Under the pieces are notes generated by a model. The model was given only the letters and a program-made list of their open reading frames with translations, made no database searches and was not told the origin of the DNA. Of a stretch of 64,000 nt of DNA, positions 14,701 through 24,368 are shown in pieces. The number at the start of each line of letters is the position of its first letter. Position 1 is the first letter of the stretch. A program made the position numbers and the translations under genes. Source of the DNA: Phoronis australis (Eukaryota; Animalia; Phoronida); the NCBI GenBank assembly GCA_002633005.1, contig NMRA01000811.1, positions 71,523 to 135,522 on the forward strand. The letters are read 5' to 3'.

Positions 14701-17700
14701 GTCAAAATAATGACGATAAATGCATTTAACAAGACAGTAAAGTTAAATTTAATATTGCGAGATGAAGATACTATCACTCAAGATTTTTTCAAAAAAGTTT
14801 AATATTTTCTTGTTCATATAAATTTCAATTCTCTAGTACACTAACTGTAACTTATTACTGACTAATAACTAATAATGTTGTAAGTTGTGTAAATACGAAC
14901 GTCTGCACGCTCCATTAACACTGGCTGGTTGTATGCAAAATAAAGTCTGCACTCTCCATTAACACTGGCTGGTTGTATGCAAAATAGAGGCTGCCTCAGT
15001 CTGCTTTTTGTGCCTCAGTCCACGTGGTAATTAAGTTATGCAATAGTATCCATCTCTAAACTTTGAGGAATGTGATTTTTATAAGAATTAAATGAGTCAT
15101 TGTTTTGTTTGAATTCACAGTATTTTAAGTGCTTGTTGTTTTCACTTTGTGCTTTTCTCCATTGCTATTGTTGTCTCAAATTTCCTCTGTATCTTCATAA
15201 CTTGTCTTTTTTTCTTGTGGATTTTTTTCTAGTTTAAAGTACATATCTGCAGCGACATATGAAAATATTTCTACTTAATGTATTTCAGACTACATTGAGT
15301 CTCTGCCGCTTGCCAATACACCCGAAGTGTTTGGTCTCCACCCTAACGCTGAGATCGGCTACTACACACAGGCGGCACGTGACATGTGGCTGCAGTTAGT
15401 GGAGCTACAGCCGCAGACAGGTAATGTACCAGGGTAATAGTAAGGCTGTCAATGACTGGTTGATTACTCACACGGAAAGTATATATCAAAGGATGAGGAT
15501 TGGGAGAATTAAAGTGAATTCAGATCGAAGAATATGTCCTTGATATTTGAAACAATTGTGCTATCGTTTGCCATGCGTGTAATTTATATTTTTTTATGGT
15601 CAATGATCATAAAATTCTTGCTCACATGATTAACCATTACTGTATCACACAGTTCACTTACTTATTACGTTGCATTGTAGTTAATGCAACTTAAGCCGTC
15701 TTAACTGTTGTGATGGTTGAAAAACATTGAGTAGTTCTTGTCAATTCCACCAGGTGAAGTCGGCGGTGGTATCAGTCGTGAGGACTTCATCGACAAGATC
15801 GCATCGGACGTTTTGTCCAAACTGCCCGCTGAGTTCGACCTGGATGTGATCCGTAAGAAGTACGGCCTGGAAATCTCGCCAACTACTGTGGTGCTGCTGC
15901 AGGAGCTCGAGAGGTTCAACCGTCTCATCAACCGCATGAAAAGGAGTCTGAGCACGCTGCAGAGGGTAGGCTGGCACTGATGCTGTTATAGTCACTACAC
16001 AACTAAGAATTCACTCGTTGACCAATCATCATTGGTCTTGTAATGTAATGAGCAGGGTCAGACAAGGCCTGGTTGTAACGCGGTAATCTCCAGATGTGAC
16101 TGTGCCACAAGGGCCAGTTCACATCGTGGGCCCTCATGAAAGACGAGTGTTTGGGTCTACCCCAATTGAGATAGCAGTGATTCTTGTATAAAAGGCCCCT
16201 TGTCTTACTCTCCTGTCCTTCTCTTAATGCAATTCACATCATGTTGGACTAACTTATTATTTTTACTATTACTTACATTTGCAGGCGTTGGCCGGTGAGG
16301 TGGGTATGAGTAATGAGTTGGATGATGTGGCTCGTTCTCTCTTCAATGGCATGATTCCCTCCATCTGGCGTCGACTCGCTCCTGCCACGCTCAAGTCACT
16401 CGGCAACTGGATGATTCACTTTCAGGCCAGGTTCCAGCAATACAACACATGGGTAGGTGGAGCTTAGGTGTACATGGGAGATAATGTAATGGGTAGGTGG
16501 AGGTTAGGTGTACATGGGAGATAGCGTGGGTAGGTGGAGGTTAGGTGTACATGGGAGATAATGTAGGTAGGTGGAGGTGAGATGTACATGGGAGATAATG
16601 TACTGGGTAGGTGGAGGTTAGATGTACATGGGAGATAATGTGGGTAGGTGGAGGTTAGATGTACATGGGAGATAATGTGGGTAAGTGGAGGTTAGATGTA
16701 CATGGGAGATAATGTAGGTAGGTGGAGGTGAGATGTACATGGGAGATATCGTAGGTAGGTGGAGGTTAGATTTACATGGGAGATAACGTGGGTAGGTGGA
16801 GGTTAGATGTACATGGGAGATAATGTGGGTAGGTGGAGGTTAGATGTACATGGGAGATAATGTGGAAGTTAAAAGTCCAAGATTAAATGAAAGGTAAACA
16901 TTTCTGTTTGTCAGGATCGCTAAACAAATTCATTCTGTCAATCAATCGATCAGTTCCTGTGAGAGATATCTTGCGAGGTGGCATGTAAATGAATTATGGT
17001 GGTTAGTTACATTGAAAATACTGGGGAATTATCGTGATTGATACCATGTTGTAGTCTAGGAAGTGCCCCTGAATGTACTATGGAAGATACCATGGGAATA
17101 GCATTCAGTTTCTGTGTCTGCTGAAGACAACATTTTGTATCTTAGTTGTGCAACATCCAATTATTACTTCATGTCTGAGTGTTTAGTTGTATGTTTGAAA
17201 CTGATCGGTTGTATGACTATACCAAATTCTGGTACCGGCTACCAAACCTAAAATATTCATGTTAGAGAAAAGAGGTTTATATCTCTTGGCATCAGTTATG
17301 AACACATGTTTAATTTGATGATAGTGGTGCGAGATATATTACACCTGCATTATATCTTGTTAGGTTAATCTCAAAGATGAGATACAGATGAAGGTAAAAT
17401 GAAATTACATTTGTATACCTTGCTTTGTGTTAAGTTTATGTTATGTTATCTTAATTTCCTAGAACCTTGCTTCAACACACGGGGTAGCTGTCAGCTAGTT
17501 GTATGAATACTCATTGGCTCGGTATTTAGCAGACAGCTTCTTTGTGTTGGGAAGTTTATGTGAATTTTCATTGGTGGTTGACTGCTGATCAGAAAAATTG
17601 AATTTTCAATGGTCATCTTTTTCAACTGAAAAGAAATTTGTAGAGAACTATGTTTACGTAACTTGTTAACCTGTTTGGCTCAAAAATATTTTCCTAGAAT

Positions 17701-20700
17701 TTATTTCTGGACATTAGATTACTTCCAAGAAAATAATTCTGACTCACCATCACACACGAAGTGCAATGTGCAACAACCCAAAGTTAAAAATACATTTATC
17801 TTTTCTATCAAAGCAAAACCAGACCAAGACATGAAAGTCAAGAGTCTATAGTTCGAAGTCACTTTGCAAACGGATTGTTGTAATTTTTATTCACAAGTCT
17901 TAATTTCTGTCTCTCCTCAACAGGTCAATGAGGCGGAGCCCAACGTGATGTGGTTGTCTGGACTGCACATTCCTGAGTCCTACCTGACCGCCCTGGTACA
18001 GGCCACCTGTCGTAAGAATGGTTGGCCACTAGATAAGAGCACTCTGTACACAGCTGTCACACAGTATGCTGCGCCTGAGGATGTGGCTGAGAGAGCCCAC
18101 CAGGGTATGTGTTGTCAGTGGGATAGGGTGGGGGTGTCAATTGACATTCCGGGCTTGGCTGTTCAGAATGCACGTGGGGTAATAAATTAATTATCTTCTC
18201 AGCCAGGACCATAAATCCCTTCTTAAGCTGTGTTTATGTGCACAATCCAACTGGGACAGTGGTATGCTGAGTGGTGAGCTGAGTTCACAAAGATCTTCTT
18301 TTACTGACCTTGCAGGTCAATTTCAAAAGGTCTATTGTGTGTGAATATCACCCATGATATACAAGCATGTGAAAAATTCTAAGGCACTATACCGACTAGT
18401 TATACTCTCCAACCCATGTTGGATGAGAAAGCAATTGATGAAATGGCACCAGAGGTTAGCCACCTGATTACTTTGCAGTTGAACTGTCTGGACTGGCCAA
18501 CAGGAGCAACAAGAATTCGAAAACATGTTAAAACTGTTTCTCCAACCTTTGTTCTCAGTGACTGGGAATCTTTGGGAAACTTTTAGCTGGTAGTTCAACA
18601 GAGTTTTATCATTGCAAATATTTTTGTCGCACTTTTCCTGATTTCATGTACGCTTTCCGTGCTGCTTCAGGTTGCTTTGTGACTGGTCTGTACCTAGAGG
18701 GCGCCGCCTGGGATCTTGGCAACAGCTGTCTGGTCCGACAGAAGCCTAAACAGCTCATACAGGAGTTACCTGTGCTCAAGGTCATACCTATTGAGGCACA
18801 CAGACTCAAGCTGCAGGTCAGTTTACTGGCATTTAGTTGGAAATAAACTGTTGTTGTGCTTCTTGCAAAGCTTGAGTTCAGTTCCTTGGATATGGGGGAG
18901 TTTAGTGTAACTTGAATGTAAAAAATTATGGAACACGGCTGACATCTGAGTGTTTGAAATGTTGACCAGAACGTGCTTGACTACCGTAGTTTGATAATGT
19001 TCTTACCTTGTTCCAATTTGTTTTAAGGTTTGAACGGAATGAGAATTTTATTCCTCCCAGAATTCCCCCGAGTACTACCATGAGATACGGACATGCGCAA
19101 AGCGGACCATTCCACGGACTTATCTTCTAGAGGAAGACGTGTTTTTCCTTTGGAAGGTTTTTTCGCGCAAGTTACACCGCGACCACGCTCAATTGCATAA
19201 CTCTTTGCTAATGAGCATTTTCTTCTTATCAACTATATCATCATCTTGGAAGTTTTGGCCGACCGAGCTCACCGACTCTGTGTGACTCGACGGGCCACAC
19301 AATGCCCGGTTTTACCGGCGCTGAGCATTACGACTCTCTATTGGCCTTATCGTATTTTCAGGCCTACCTGCTTTGGGGCTTCCGTGACTCGACACGGACC
19401 ATGTGGAGTGGTTGATAGTTGTTCTATCCTCGTACGCTTAACTCTTTGCGTATTTAACACTCACATTTGGGCTTTTGGCACAGCGCACATGAGGCTCGCA
19501 TGACTCATCAGTCAAGTATTTCTTTGTGTGCCTCACTGTACTGACACGTTACGTCATACCCACGCACAGCTGTACATTGTTTACCACTTTGTACACGCCT
19601 TTGACCTTTGCACCGAATGTGCCCTCTTTGTGCTCGGCACTGTCGACGCCAGCGATCCTGACACTCTTTTGTTCGTCGGTTGCCATCGCTTCCCGGTTAC
19701 ACCCGGGTTTTTCGAGTTGCACTCGCTGCCCGCTCTAATCCCTGGGAACGCATCTTAGTCATTCACACATTATGCAGCGCGGGTTTTTACAGCCAATCCC
19801 GGCGCACTTGTGAGGTCACGTGCGGAGGTGGTTCGTTCCCACCAATCAGTTTCCACCCTCGGGTATTTAGGCATTTGCTGTTGCAGGCTCGGACATATCG
19901 CAGTTTTCGCCTGTTCGTAGCGCATCAGACAGCACTTCATCATGCCGAAGGACTCCGCCGATAGGAAATCTGGATCAACTTCGATCGAGAAGCCCCCGAA
20001 GAAGACATCTTNCAACTGAAAAGAAATTTGTAGAGAACTATGTTTACGTAACTTGTTAACCTGTTTGACTCAAAAATATATTCCTAGAATTTATTTCTGG
20101 ACATTAGATTACTTCCAAGAAAATAATTCTGACTCACCATCACACACGAAGTGCAATGTGCAACAACCCAAAGTTAAAAATACATTTATCTTTTCTATCA
20201 AAGCAAAACCAGACCAAGACATGAAAGTCAAGAGTCTATAGTTCGAAGTGACTTTGCCAAGGGATTGTTGTAATTTTTTACTCATAAGTCTTAATTTCTG
20301 TCTCTCCCCAACAGGTCAATGAGGCGGAGCCCAACGTGATGTGGTTGTCGGGCCTGCACATTCCTGAGTCCTACCTGACCGCCCTGGTACAAGCCACCTG
20401 TCGTAAGAACGGTTGGCCACTAGATAAGAGCACTCTGTACACAGCTGTCACACAGTATGCTGCGCCTGAGGATGTGGCTGAGAGAGCCCACCAGGGTATG
20501 TGTTGTCAGTGGGATAGGGTGGGGGGTGTCAATTGATATTCCGGGCTTGGCTGTTCAGAATACACATGGGGTAATAAATTAGTTATCTTCTCAGCCTGGA
20601 CCATAAATCCCTTTTTAAGCTGTGTTTAGATGTGTCCAACTGGGACAGTGGTATGCCTTACAGCTGAGTTCACAGGTCAATTTCAAAAGACCTATTGTAT

Positions 20701-21675
20701 GTGAATAACACCATGATTTACAGGCATGTGAAAAAATCTAATTCTCGACTAGTTATCATCTCCAAGCCATGTTGGATGAGAAAACACTTGCTAAAATGGC
20801 ACTAGAGGTTAGCCACTTGATTACTTTGCAGTTGATCTGTCTGGACTGGGGAACAGGAGCAACCAGAATTCGAAGACATGTTAAAACTGTTTCGCCAACC
20901 TTTGTTCTCAGTGACCTGGAATCTTCTGGGAGATTTTTAGCTGGCAGTTCAACAGAGTTTTATCATTGCAAATCTTTTTGTCATGCTTTTCCTGATTTCA
21001 TGTACGCTTTTCTTGCTGCTTCAGGTTGCTTTGTGACCGGTCTGTACCTAGAGGGTGCCGCTTGGGATCTTGGCAACAGCTGTCTGGTCCGACAGAAGCC
21101 TAAACAACTCATACAGGAGTTACCTGTGCTCAAGGTCATACCTATAGAGGCACACAGACTCAAGCTGCAGGTCAGTTTACTGGCATTTAGTTGAAAATAA
21201 ACTGTTGTGCTTCTTGCAAAGTTCATTTCTGTGGATATAGGGGAGTTTAGTGTAACTTGAATGTAAAAATGGAACACGGCTGACATCTGAGTGTTTGAAA
21301 TGTTGACTAGAATCTGCTTGAGTTATCTGAAGTTCGACTACCTTAATTTGATGATGTTCTTACCTTCTTCCAATTTGTTTTAGGGTTTGAACGGAACGAG
21401 AATTTTTTGTCCACCTCTCTGATGTAGTGGTCTTGAAATCAAAATCTTGAAATTGATGTTTTGTGTTTTTTCCTCTTTACCAAAAAGACATCAGTTTTAT
21501 TTGGTGTCTGTTTGTTCTATTTTTTCAGAACACGTTCCGTACTCCGGTGTACGTCACATCACAGAGGCGTAACGCCATGGGGGTGGGGCTGGTATTTGAA
21601 GCTGACCTGGCCACGACAGAGCATCAGAGTCACTGGGTGCTGCAGGGAGTCTGCCTCATTCTCAACACAGACTAG
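1..21675 (+). CDS. DNAH10: Dynein axonemal heavy chain 10 (inner arm I1/f alpha type), 3' part; 26 non-redundant coding exons, 5' end outside window
   Basis: GT-AG exons join in frame (5301 nt incl. stop): 1-165, 565-975, 1457-1696, 2296-2493, 2846-3079, 3425-3522, 3809-3990, 4345-4481, 4979-5196, 5653-5874, 6495-6642, 7130-7265, 8950-9104, 9947-10165, 10751-11128, 11454-11609, 11997-12335, 13090-13290, 13583-13888, 14359-14530, 15289-15420, 15754-15965, 16285-16452, [17924-18104, 18671-18816] or [20315-20495, 21025-21170], 21529-21675. Peptides [57 protein letters not shown] and C-terminus [15 protein letters not shown]...[14 protein letters not shown] match DNAH10 as I recall it. Confidence 0.95.
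565..975 (+). CDS. DNAH10: DNAH10 exon, AAA4 P-loop
   Basis: TTAG|ILEEYND...GVGGSGKQS...GIIGN|GTAAGT. Confidence 0.93.
1457..1696 (+). CDS. DNAH10: DNAH10 exon
   Basis: TTTCAG|IRNEASKEG...[21 protein letters not shown]...ISPD|GTAAGT. Confidence 0.92.
2296..2493 (+). CDS. DNAH10: DNAH10 exon
   Basis: CAG|NPLIPEEH...[10 protein letters not shown]...INAL|GTCAGT. Confidence 0.9.
2846..3079 (+). CDS. DNAH10: DNAH10 exon, stalk coiled coil (frame missed by ORF track)
   Basis: TTTAG|[25 protein letters not shown]...IVVEK|GTGAG. Confidence 0.92.
3425..3522 (+). CDS. DNAH10: DNAH10 exon
   Basis: ACAG|[34 protein letters not shown]|GTGAG. Confidence 0.92.
3809..3990 (+). CDS. DNAH10: DNAH10 exon, microtubule-binding domain
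   Basis: CCAG|[16 protein letters not shown]...VSTVK G|GTATGT. Confidence 0.92.
4345..4481 (+). CDS. DNAH10: DNAH10 exon
   Basis: TAG|FMKEADL...[17 protein letters not shown]...KPKREK|GTA. Confidence 0.9.
4979..5196 (+). CDS. DNAH10: DNAH10 exon
   Basis: CCAG|VARLERN...[22 protein letters not shown]|GTGAGT. Confidence 0.92.
5653..5874 (+). CDS. DNAH10: DNAH10 exon
   Basis: TTCAG|WNKELAEL...[18 protein letters not shown]...DVECS AA|GTGAG. Confidence 0.92.
5858..6058 (+). repeat. 75-bp tandem repeat (~2.6 copies) starting in the exon 3' end
   Basis: GAGTG..GCAAGT...TTTGTTGA.TA..T..TGT.GGTG recurs, with GCAA at 5871, 5946 and 6021. Confidence 0.85.
6306..6393. repeat. (ATC)n microsatellite, imperfect
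   Basis: Run of catcatcat...; source of spurious poly-D/I/M ORFs. Confidence 0.95.
6495..6642 (+). CDS. DNAH10: DNAH10 exon, AAA5
   Basis: CTAG|[16 protein letters not shown]...NNLK|GTAA. Confidence 0.92.
7130..7265 (+). CDS. DNAH10: DNAH10 exon
   Basis: GTAG|[20 protein letters not shown]...EKNIK G|GTGAGT. Confidence 0.92.
8301..8399. mobile_element. Short degenerate MITE (CAGGGGCG..ATCCAG termini)
   Basis: CAGGGGCGAATCCAGG ... CTGGATACGCACCTG imperfect inverted termini, similar in style to the element at 58264. Confidence 0.45.
8622..8760. repeat. (CA)n microsatellite
   Basis: About 120 bp nearly pure CA run. Confidence 0.97.
8950..9104 (+). CDS. DNAH10: DNAH10 exon
   Basis: ACAG|[31 protein letters not shown]...VTLK|GTAAG. 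Confidence 0.92.
9157..9388. repeat. 51-bp inverted repeat pair in intron (MITE remnant or fold-back)
   Basis: 9157-9207 AAGTCTGGTCTTCACGCCACCTGTTGGCCACATCACGTAACCTGATGAACA is the near reverse complement of 9338-9388. Confidence 0.8.
9947..10165 (+). CDS. DNAH10: DNAH10 exon
   Basis: CTGCAG|GLEDQLLSV...KTKATE|GTAT. Confidence 0.92.
10751..11128 (+). CDS. DNAH10: DNAH10 exon
   Basis: TTACAG|VAEKLKL...[13 protein letters not shown]...MYQYSL...DFFIK|GTGAG. Confidence 0.93.
11454..11609 (+). CDS. DNAH10: DNAH10 exon
   Basis: CTAG|[24 protein letters not shown]...WHE|GTGAGT. Confidence 0.9.
11997..12335 (+). CDS. DNAH10: DNAH10 exon, AAA6
   Basis: TTCCAG|WFDHDNP...FILSPGSDP...MGQGQEK|GTAAT. 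Confidence 0.93.
13090..13290 (+). CDS. DNAH10: DNAH10 exon
   Basis: CCAG|IALQLLETA...WLMLQNCHL...FRLWLTT...RSFK|GTGAAG. Confidence 0.92.
13583..13888 (+). CDS. DNAH10: DNAH10 exon
   Basis: GCAG|[13 protein letters not shown]...[12 protein letters not shown]...YLIGE|GTAAG. Confidence 0.93.
14359..14530 (+). CDS. DNAH10: DNAH10 exon
   Basis: CCAG|[14 protein letters not shown]...DNYT G|GTATG. Confidence 0.92.
14901..14986. repeat. 44-bp tandem duplication
   Basis: GTCTGCAC.CTCCATTAACACTGGCTGGTTGTATGCAAAATA at 14901 and 14945. Confidence 0.9.
15289..15420 (+). CDS. DNAH10: DNAH10 exon (not in ORF track)
   Basis: TTTCAG|[26 protein letters not shown]...QPQT G|GTAATG. Confidence 0.92.
15754..15965 (+). 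CDS. DNAH10: DNAH10 exon
   Basis: CCAG|[10 protein letters not shown]...[14 protein letters not shown]...LQR|GTAGG. Confidence 0.92.
16285..16452 (+). CDS. DNAH10: DNAH10 exon
   Basis: TTGCAG|[13 protein letters not shown]...QYNTW|GTAGGT. Confidence 0.92.
16451..16864 (+). repeat. ~37-bp minisatellite, 11 units, seeded on a splice donor
   Basis: Consensus GGGTAGGTGGAGGTTAGATGTACATGGGAGATAATGT; the first unit overlaps the exon end at 16452. Confidence 0.95.
17924..18104 (+). CDS. DNAH10: DNAH10 antepenultimate exon, copy 1
   Basis: ACAG|[26 protein letters not shown]...AHQ G|GTATGT. Confidence 0.85.
18671..18816 (+). CDS. DNAH10: DNAH10 penultimate exon, copy 1
   Basis: TTCAG|[14 protein letters not shown]...HRLKLQ|GTCAGT. 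Confidence 0.85.
19050..20011 (+). mobile_element. 5' end of a CpG-rich inserted element, possibly DIRS-like retrotransposon, truncated at contig join
   Basis: Absent from copy 2 at the same site (GAGAATTTT|TTGTCC); starts TTATTCCTCCCAG...GAGTACTACCATGAG; no obvious TSD; ORF start [11 protein letters not shown] at 19941. Family is inference only. Confidence 0.5.
20315..20495 (+). CDS. DNAH10: DNAH10 antepenultimate exon, copy 2
   Basis: Same peptide as 17924-18104, 4 synonymous differences. Confidence 0.85.
21025..21170 (+). CDS. DNAH10: DNAH10 penultimate exon, copy 2
   Basis: Same peptide as 18671-18816, 5 synonymous differences. Confidence 0.85.
21529..21675 (+). CDS. DNAH10: DNAH10 last coding exon
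   Basis: TTTTCAG|[27 protein letters not shown]...LILNTD TAG. Confidence 0.93.
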   Translation, partial: NTFRTPVYVTSQRRNAMGVGLVFEADLATTEHQSHWVLQGVCLILNTD

Positions 21676-22698
21676 ACACCTGTGGTGTCACGGGGGGTCC
21701 TCCTTATTCGCATCACTAATTGGACATTCTGGGTTGAAGGTGATGTCTCGCCTGTTCACATAAACTATTGACTATAGCTACTCTACTTTACTTTACATGG
21801 TCACACAAACTTAACTTCTCAATACCATACTTGTAAGTAAAACATTGTTAAAACATTGTAACTTTTTTATCCAGGAAGAAAATCCAACATGAAAATCTTC
21901 TCCATAGTTTGTTCAATCAATTTAATTGAATTATTGCTAATAGTTGCCTTTTATCCATACTTCCAAATGATTACAAAGTTCATCACTTGACTGGTTGCAT
22001 ACTTTAGCTTTGCTACTTGTTGAACCTATGCAAATTACTATTATATATTACGTATCAGATTATTATTTTATTTTGATAATTTTTATACTTAAATTATTCC
22101 TTACAATACATTCCAGTATCATAACATTGCGTCTATTTTTGGTCTTGAATTCAGAGTCTCATTCTTATAGATTCCTAGGAAATCAAGCCTTGGTCTACTG
22201 TGTTAACTTTATGTTACTTGAAGTGGTTATATAAACCTGCCTTCGGTCACAGACATGATTGTTTGACTTAGTCCATTTACCAATTTGGAATTGATCTAAT
22301 ATTGTATTGGAGGTGATTTCTGGTCTTGGAAAAATGACAAGTTTGTTATTAGTGGAGACAAGACTTCTACAAGTTAGCTAGTCATGGCAAAACAAACTCT
22401 TATGCACCAAGCAATAAGATCTGTCGTTTTTTCCAAGCCCAGAGGTCAGGTGTCATTTGAGTGAGGAAGAAGCCAGACCAGTTTTGTAGCTGTACATGGT
22501 TTAAGTCAAAATTTTACTTTCTTTGTTGGAATGCAGGTTCAGGGCCGCTTTAAATTAACATTCAAATCTGTGATAGATGTGTACATATATATCCGTCCAG
22601 TTCTCAAGAGAAAAAGCCACACTTTTGTGTTCAATGAGTTTTAGAAGATTTTTTATTTAAAGTTGTGATTGTTTATTCAAAAGTTTATTGTGTATTTG

Positions 22699-22704
22699 AA
22701 TAAA
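22699..22704 (+). promoter_or_regulatory. Candidate DNAH10 polyadenylation signal
   Basis: AATAAA about 1 kb after the stop, with T/GT-rich flanks, just before the composition changes. Confidence 0.5.
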
Positions 22705-23249
22705 TATTTATGTTCATTACTCTGTCTTGTTAAAATAAGGGCTTGGTTACAGTGCTTTTCATAATGCTGAAAACCAAGACTAAAAGGGCAACAGGCAAAC
22801 GCAGGGCTAAAGGGGTTTAGGGGTCATTTCAAAATATCTGATATGCCAGTCAAAAACTGATTTATGATGACTTGCAGCGCGTAGATGTTTGGGTTAGCCT
22901 TCTTTCCAGCCTCTAACACCCACTGAGTCAGCTTCGTGCAGAGGAGCGTTCACGTCCAGAATTTGCCATTTTTACCCCCCCTCCTCCCCCTATGTGATCA
23001 AGGTTATCATGATATAACCCCCTGCCCCGTCCATTCTCTAATTGCGTCACTACAGCCAACCCCTGTTTTTGGAATTACCAACATTTCGTTGGAGATTCGA
23101 TCTTGGGACAAACTGTCTTTTTATGATCGTAAGTTGAATTTGCTGCGATTGTATTCAGCAATGAACACTCCCTGAATATTTCTATAGCTAACTACGCCAG
23201 ACGAGTTAGGGTAGGGCGGGGAAAATGTGTGTTTATAAGGAAGGCCTGG

Positions 23250-23654
23250 TCGTTAATTTCCGACGATAAATCCACACGATGGAACGCCCATGGGCGTTTA
23301 TTCGTAAAATTATACGGGATAACCGTCCGTGGGCGTTTATTTGGTGTTACAACTTCTGGTGTCGAGTGTCCAAATAGTGGGACGTTTACTCGGAAAATTT
23401 CCCTTAAAGCCCACTCAGCGTCATCTTGTCACAAATTCAGTTTTGTGGAGCATTTATTACTGGAAAAACGAACAAGTTGTTGAACTATGCATAAAATTTA
23501 AAAACAAGTAAAATATGCTAAAGTCAGCAAATCTATGACTCCGTTTAAAATCCCCCGTTTTCGAATAGGCCTATACGTCCTTGCGTTTGTTTGGTGTCGC
23601 TAAAACACCTGGAAATTTTCATTTTTCCAAATACACGCCCACGGAAAATCCCGG
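23250..23654. mobile_element. MITE family A copy (degenerate left end)
   Basis: Homologous to 27864-28423; ends ACGGAAAATCCCGG|TA. Confidence 0.75.
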
Positions 23655-24368
23655 TAGCAGTTTTACTGGCTAAAACGCTAGCGAAAACCCTATTACAGAT
23701 GCAGCCAGCAAGCTAAATTTGACGAAACGCAAATGCACATAGGCTTAAAGTGTATATTGCATTTTCACGAAAAGCTATGGATACGTCAGACTGTCTAAAA
23801 TGTTACCGTGATGCACATATGTCATTTCTGTGCTTTGCACTTTAATATATCTTACGTGCACTTTACACCAGACAAATCGCCACCCTTTCAACCAACTTGT
23901 GTTTTTTCAAAAAATCGCAATATGAAACTGACCCTGACGCAACAATATGGTCAGACTGTGTGCCAAAATAGGCCCATGGGAAATCGTCAAAGGAAGCCGA
24001 TTATACCGACTCAGGCGTATTTTGGGGAACGAGGAGAGGCATTATTTTCCGAAACTCATACGTAATATGTGGTTTTGTTAAACAAACATTTGTGAGTTTT
24101 TAACGAAACACATCCTTTTTAATGTATGTAATTGTATCTCACTGGTAAGTTTTTTTCCATACTTATTCCGCATTCAGCAAACAGTTAGTTAAAACCGTTT
24201 TTCTTAGTCTTAGTTACCAACAAAATCGACAAATATTTCGTTAAGTGGTAGTCATTCGACCGAAATCGCGACCCACAAAATATACATCTAATATCTCTCC
24301 CAAATAATGCTTTACTTTAAAATACATTACACACGGATTATATAACGAGTCCTTCAGATTTTCAAGAC

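Larger units (their letters stand above)
17623..21406 (+). repeat. ~1.4-kb duplication (17623-19049 vs 20013-21406) across single N at 20012; likely allelic haplotypes
   Basis: Collinear intron and exon homology; copy 2 begins exactly after the N. Confidence 0.9.

Noticed and set aside
16030-16230. Possible SINE or structured RNA in intron
   Set aside because: Only a short inverted GACAAGG motif; no A/B boxes or tail I can support.
16451-16864. CRISPR-like array (also 27937-28120)
   Set aside because: Head-to-tail units without unique spacers, eukaryotic context, no cas genes.
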